The notes beneath the pieces were generated by a model that worked only from the letters and a program-made list of their open reading frames with translations, did no database searches and had not been told where the DNA came from. DNA of 64,000 nt. It comes from Camelus ferus. Lineage: Eukaryota. A program made the translations under genes and the position numbers. Each line of letters starts with the position of its first letter. Position 1 is the first letter of the stretch. Below are positions 58,701-64,000 of the stretch, in pieces. Where the stretch lies: NCBI RefSeq assembly GCF_009834535.1, contig NC_045714.1, positions 14,942,001-15,006,000 on the forward strand, in the 5' to 3' direction.

Positions 58701-61700
58701 GTGGCCAGCAGCCCTTCGAGTCGGATGCACGGGTAGCAGTGGCCAAAGCTGAGGTCGATGCCTCTCTCCTGGAGGAAGGCGGGCTCCAGGCAGAAGGTGC
58801 CCTGCAGCTGCCCCTGGGGCGTCCGCTCCGCCCCGCAGGGTATGGCCACATCCTGCAAAGTCACAGGATCGTTCTCGGCCGCAGCGCGGGTGGCCGACTC
58901 CAGGCAGCAGAAGGGCTCCCACACGTGGGCATCGTCTTCCACGTCCTGGTGCCAGTCCCGACCCACCAGGGGCACACAGGGTGAGAAGCCGTCCCCTGGC
59001 TGCTCCACGTGCTCCAGGCAAAGGCTGAGGCCAGGCGCCACAGTCCACAGCTGCAGGACCGGCTCCAGGAGCCCACGCTACAGGGCGGCACTGAGCTGGA
59101 GCTGTACGTGCAGTGTATCCCCACTGCCCAGCTCCCAGGCTGCCTCCACGAAGGGGCCGCAGGTGCTCCACCTCGCCTGTCCCGGCTCCCGCTGCTGGGG
59201 CTCGAAGCTGGGCTCGCCCCTCTGTCCGCCCTCGGCTTCTTCATCAGCCTCAGCAGCTGCTGCCACAGGGTGGAGTCCACAGGCTGGACACATGGGTCAA
59301 GCGGGGTGCTGGGCAGTGGGGGGCACTGCCCACCCACCTGCGTGGAGTAAGGGCGGCGCCGCCATAGGAGCTGCAGCCGCAGCCACCTGGCCGGCCACAG
59401 GAGTGCCTGGCCGGCTGCAGGGGTGCTTGGGTGGCTGCAGGGAGCTGCAGTGCACAGGGTCGAGGTCCAGAAGGGTCTTGTGGCTGGCTGGGAAGAACAG
59501 CTTGAAGCAGGTGTCCTCCGCGGCCACCACAAAGCCCAGCTTGCTTTGCAGTTGGGTCTTGAGCCAGGCGGCCAGGTTCAGGCCACAAGCCCAGTGCTGG
59601 AAGCTCTGGGCACACCTGTACTGGCAACTGAAGTCCTGGCAGAGCTCGTCAATGTCCCCGGGCATGTAGGGGGACCCTACCTGGCCCAGTGCCAGCAGGA
59701 TCTGCCGCTGCAGCACCACATCCATGTACCTGCAAATGGGTGAGGTGGCCCAGGTGTACCTGTCCACCTGCAGCGAGTAGTGGCCATCCAGCTCCATGCC
59801 CTGGCGGCCGAAGACTGTGTGGCCTTGGGCCCTGTTCAAGTCAAGGAGGGCAGGAGCCAGGGAGGGGTGCACGTCGTCCGTGGAGATGAGATCGCCAGTT
59901 AGATGAAGCCCTGGGCGTGGGCTGCAAGCTGGAGTTACCTCTAGACGGAGACCAGGACGTGGAACTGCAGGTCTGGGGAGATGTAGGAGCTGAAGCTGCC
60001 CAGCCGGTGGTGGCAGAGGTGCAGGGACAACGGCACCCAGTCCTCGTGGTCCTGGCTCAGGGCTCTGAGCCAGCCGAAGCTGGGCTCACGCTGCACCCGC
60101 AAGGGTGTGACCCCCTTTGTACCCTCACTGTCCACCAGGAATTTGGCCACCTGGCTGTTGAACTGGACCATGTACTCCTCAACCATCATGTGGGCCACGC
60201 GGAAGCCCAGCACGCTGTCCCCGTCCAGCTGCTTGTAATGACTGTTGCCCCTGAGGCGGCGCTGGCGCAGCATGTGGGAGAAGTAGCACGCGGCTGCCAC
60301 ACAGGCGTCCACAGAGTCCAGGCAGGCTGGCAGCTTGAGGCCGGCGCCCCGGTGCCCCCTGATCACCTGCTCCACCTCTGTACAGGTCAGCTGGTGGTCA
60401 GAGCAGATCACAGCGGGTGCAAAGCACTCACTCTTGAGCTGGTTGCTGCCCTTCTCGGTCGTCAAGAAGAGGGAGACGGCTAAGTGGTCCTGGCCTGGCA
60501 GGAGGCTGGCTGGCAGCATGGACACTGCTCCTGGTCAGGGGCGTAGATGGTGGCCCCCCCCACCTGCAGGCCTCCAGGCCCAGCGCCCCCGTCCCTGGGC
60601 ATGCAGCTGGCCACATCAGCGATGTGCGTGGCCACCTCATACGTGGGGCCCCGGTCCTGGGCGCTGATGGCGCCGTCCAGGTTGCAGGTGAGCGGGTGTC
60701 CGTGGCGAAGGCCAGGAAGCTGCGGCAGCCCTCCAGGCAGCTGGGCGCCCGGCTGAGCTCAGCGTGGTGCCTGTGCAGCGCCTCGCGGACCGAGGCCGGG
60801 TGTGGGGAGGCTCCTTCAGCCTGCAGGCCAGGTCCAAGATCTGGAGACTGCTCCCAGGTGGTGGCCTCGGGCAGCACCTTCTGGAAGCCCAGTGGGTAGT
60901 AGAAGCGCTCCCGCCACAGAAGGACACACACCCAGAAGAGGCGGTGGTGCCAGGCCTCCACCGAGAGTGGCTCGTGCCCCACGCGCTGCACGCGGCCCTG
61001 CAGAAGGTGGTGGACAGGCACCTGCAGCGGGTCCTGCAGCCCAGCCACGAGGACCTTGGTGGCAGAGCCATCGATGGGGGTCATGACGCAGGGTTCCCAC
61101 TCGTCCACATGGCACACGAACGCCAGCTGGCGATGCTCCCTCTGGTGAATGCTCAGCACGCGGCCCTGGGGCCACCTGGCCCAGCCGAGCACCTGCACCA
61201 GCGCCTCGTCCCCAGGGAAGGCCATCCCGCAGTGCAGGCGGCCCTTGAGCTGGATGGGCCCAAACTTCCCGTCGTCCAGCGGGACGCTCTCACCTCCCGG
61301 AGGCTCTCCCTCAGGAAGGCGTGGCAGCAGTGCTGCTGGGGCCACTTGTGGAGAAGTTTCTGCTGTTTGGCTTCCGGCAGGTTCACATACTGCCACGCCG
61401 GCGGGGGAGACAAGGGCCGGGCGAAGCTGTCCAGCAGCCCATCCTCCTGGACGGTCACTGTCACGTCCCGGCTGTGGTCCAGGAGCTGCTGCGGGCGGGG
61501 CTCGTTGCTGCTGAGCTCCCTGTCAAAAGGCCAGAAGCCCACAGGGCCCTCGGGCTCCCTGATCTCTGGGGCTGACGGTCCTGCCACAGCGCCTCTGGGG
61601 ACCATGCCCCTGCCACATGTGCTGTGGCCCACCCCCCACTACCCCCTCCTCTGGAACAGTGTCCCTGGCATCTGCTGCCACAAACCTTTCTGTTTCTTGG

Positions 61701-64000
61701 GCCGCAGGCTGCCAGCAGCTGGCCCAGCTCTGCTTCTGGATCTGCTCCAGAGACAGGCCCTCGGGGCAGACGGCGCCGTGCTCCACACACTCACGGAGGA
61801 AGCTCCCCCAGAGCTTGCTGCAAGCCTCCAGGGAGCAGAGGGCCACAGCATCGCCCACGGCCACCACCTGGGCCTGTGTATGGGTCATGACGGTGCTGAG
61901 CACGCGGGCGTCCGTGAAGCACCCTGGGGCCGGTGCCTCCGGCTCATCAGGCTGTGGGTGGTGTGCAGTGTGCCCAGCACCACCACCCGGAAGTCTCACC
62001 TGCAAGGGGGGCAGTTACAGGGTCAGGCTGGGCCAGAAGTGGGAGGGGAAGGGAGGGGGGAGGGGAGGGGGGGGAGGGGCCCCACTTCCCCCAGCACCGA
62101 TCAACCACCTGGCAGATTCTCAAAGCTGCCCACAGACACCTGGCCCAGGTCCCGCTTCCTCAGCTCCTGCCTCATCGCTCTCACTGGAGACACACCACCA
62201 GGTCAGGTGAGGGGCCCCAGTGAGGCATAGCGTCCCCTGCCAAGGACGGGACCCTGGTTCCCAGGCCCTGGGAGGTGAGTATCTGAATATCTCAGCCTCT
62301 CAGTATGGAAGGAAAGCAGGCTGAGGAGGCCTACCAGGCCACGGGGGAGGGAGGCTTCCCCGGGAGACGGGGCTTGGGGGAAGCTGCCCTGGGCGGCAGG
62401 GTCTCACCTGGGCCCTGTGGGACACAACGCGGTGCTCCTCTGCTCCTGGTGGCCCCAGCACTGGGGCCAGGAGTTACAGACCTCCTGTACCTTCTCGACA
62501 ACCTGAAGAACCTCGGCTGCATTCAGCCAAGACGTCGTGGAGACGTCGCACTGGGGCTGCCCGCCACGCGGCAGAACTGGAGCGGGTACCACCGGGGTGG
62601 CCAGGGATCTTGCCGCTGGCCTGGATGGAGTGGCCGCTGGCTAGGGAGACGTGGTCGGAGACAAAGCGGACAACGGTCTGGGTGGAGCGGTAGTTCTTGT
62701 ACAAAATAGTGCAGCTCCTCTGGGCGACCTGGAGCGTTTGCTGCCGGTGGTGCTCGAGGAGGCGGTGCCGCAGCACGTCTGCCCCGGCGCCCGGCCACAC
62801 TGAAGAGCCGGGCGTGCCCTGCAAGTGGCTGCCCGCCAGCACCACTCGGGTGCCGGGCGCGGCGTAACGCAGGGGCGTGAGCGTCTCCCACTCCAGCATC
62901 TGGGAGGCCTGGTCAATGAGGATGTGGGAAAAGAAGCCAATGGGCACCCCGGGCTGGCGTGTCCAGGAGGTGCTGGCCAACACAATGTGGTGCCGCTCCA
63001 GCTTGGCCCAGGTCGGCAGGCGAAAGGCCTGGTGGTCCTCGGTCAGGCAGCAGTACCTCAGCGTGGCCGCGTCCGTCAGGCTGGGTGGGCAGTCCGTGTG
63101 CACCACCCAGAGGGGAGCGGCCTCAGGGTGACCGCTGCTGACGTAGGGGTGGAAATACTCCGCAGCGTAGGTGTCGGCCACCCTGTGGGGGAGAAGGGCA
63201 CAGCGCCTGTCTGCTAAAGTGCCTCCCGTGCGTCCCCCCTGCCCAGACAACAGGCAGTCCAACCCGGCAGCACAGGGGACAGACAGAGAAGCAGGAGGTC
63301 AGTGCCCGATGAGAACCAGACAGCAGCAGAGCCCTGGGGAGGGCGCAGCGTGGGCCGGGCCACCAGCGCGGCCCGAGACTGGGGTTGACCCCGAGCAGCC
63401 AGGGAGCAGCAAGACCTGGCCCCACCTCTCCGAAGGGGACCACCAGCCAGGGCCTCTGCCTGACACGGGCCCCTGGAGCCCCAGTCCCAGTAGCCAGTCA
63501 GCCCTGGGCAGAGATGGGGAGCCCCGTGCTTGAGCAGCTGTCCATCTGGGGGGAACTATGACAGGATTTTCAGAACACCCAAGTCTCGCCCCAGGAAATG
63601 CTGGGTGGGTCCAGCCACAACCCTACCCACCACTCTGCCTGGCCCATGTTCCTCTGTGGGCAGGAGACCATGCACCGGGCCTGAATCACAGGCGTCCCCT
63701 GTCCTCAGCCCGGTACTGACTGTCAGGTAGACTCTCAAATGCCTGGGACTGGCCCCAGGGGCTTCATTGCCACCCAGCCCAGCCCCCACCCTCTCCTGGA
63801 ACTAGCCCCCGAGATCTCCAGTGAACCCGGGAACCAGCCCGAGCCCCAGACCCCCAGGTCCCTCCTCTTCTCCTGAGGTGAAGGCCGGGGAGGCGGGAGA
63901 GCAGCCCAACAGCCCCAGCTCACCTGTCGGTTCGCGTACAGAGGAGCACCTTACGAGGGGCTGGCAGGCGACCTCCAGGGAGGCCATGGCCAGCGTGTAG
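55728..64000 (-). pseudogene. HELZ2: Helicase with zinc finger 2 (PRIC285), unitary pseudogene; 5' part lies beyond the window
   Basis: Collinear remnants of helicase 1 (FFSHILID, ENYR-like KNYRST), RNB (YTWATSPI.RYMDVVLQRQ) and helicase 2 (NPSQ, DEAG, GDHKQLRP, ILTPYNAQ). Stops at 59941, 59935, 59899, 59078, 58611, 58584, 58115, 56030 and 55808; many frameshifts; donor GT>GG at 58008. Confidence 0.95.

Noticed and set aside
60764-62230. 488-aa plus-strand ORF antisense to HELZ2
   Set aside because: GTG start, no recognisable domain, and it crosses a HELZ2 intron. Best explained as a shadow ORF of GC-rich former coding sequence.
55728-64000. HELZ2 lesions as long-read indel errors
   Set aside because: Many -1 indels do sit in short C/G runs, but there are also 9 nonsense substitutions, splice mutations and a multi-codon deletion, and neighbouring genes are nearly indel-free.

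Overview
This is GC-rich mammalian genomic DNA with gene order matching human 20q13.33: EEF1A2(-), PPDPF(+), PTK6(-), SRMS(-), FNDC11(+), HELZ2(-, running off the right edge). I built exon models by hand from splice sites and translation. All comparisons to human proteins and repeat consensuses are from memory, not computed alignments. EEF1A2, PPDPF and FNDC11 are intact. The main discovery is gene loss rather than a new system. HELZ2, an interferon-stimulated helicase/RNB exoribonuclease, is a heavily decayed unitary pseudogene with at least 9 in-frame stops, at least 15 frameshifts, broken splice sites and eroded catalytic motifs. Neighbouring PTK6 has a single 1-bp frameshift in the kinase glycine-rich loop. 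SRMS has in-frame losses and an apparently missing native acceptor at the SH2-kinase linker. Only ancient repeats (MIR, MER20, MER53, MLT1, L1M) are recognisable, with no young lineage-specific SINEs. All three N runs lie over conserved coding sequence, and the two that can be checked preserve the expected length exactly. There are no rRNA, tRNA or CRISPR features. The species cannot be determined from this window.
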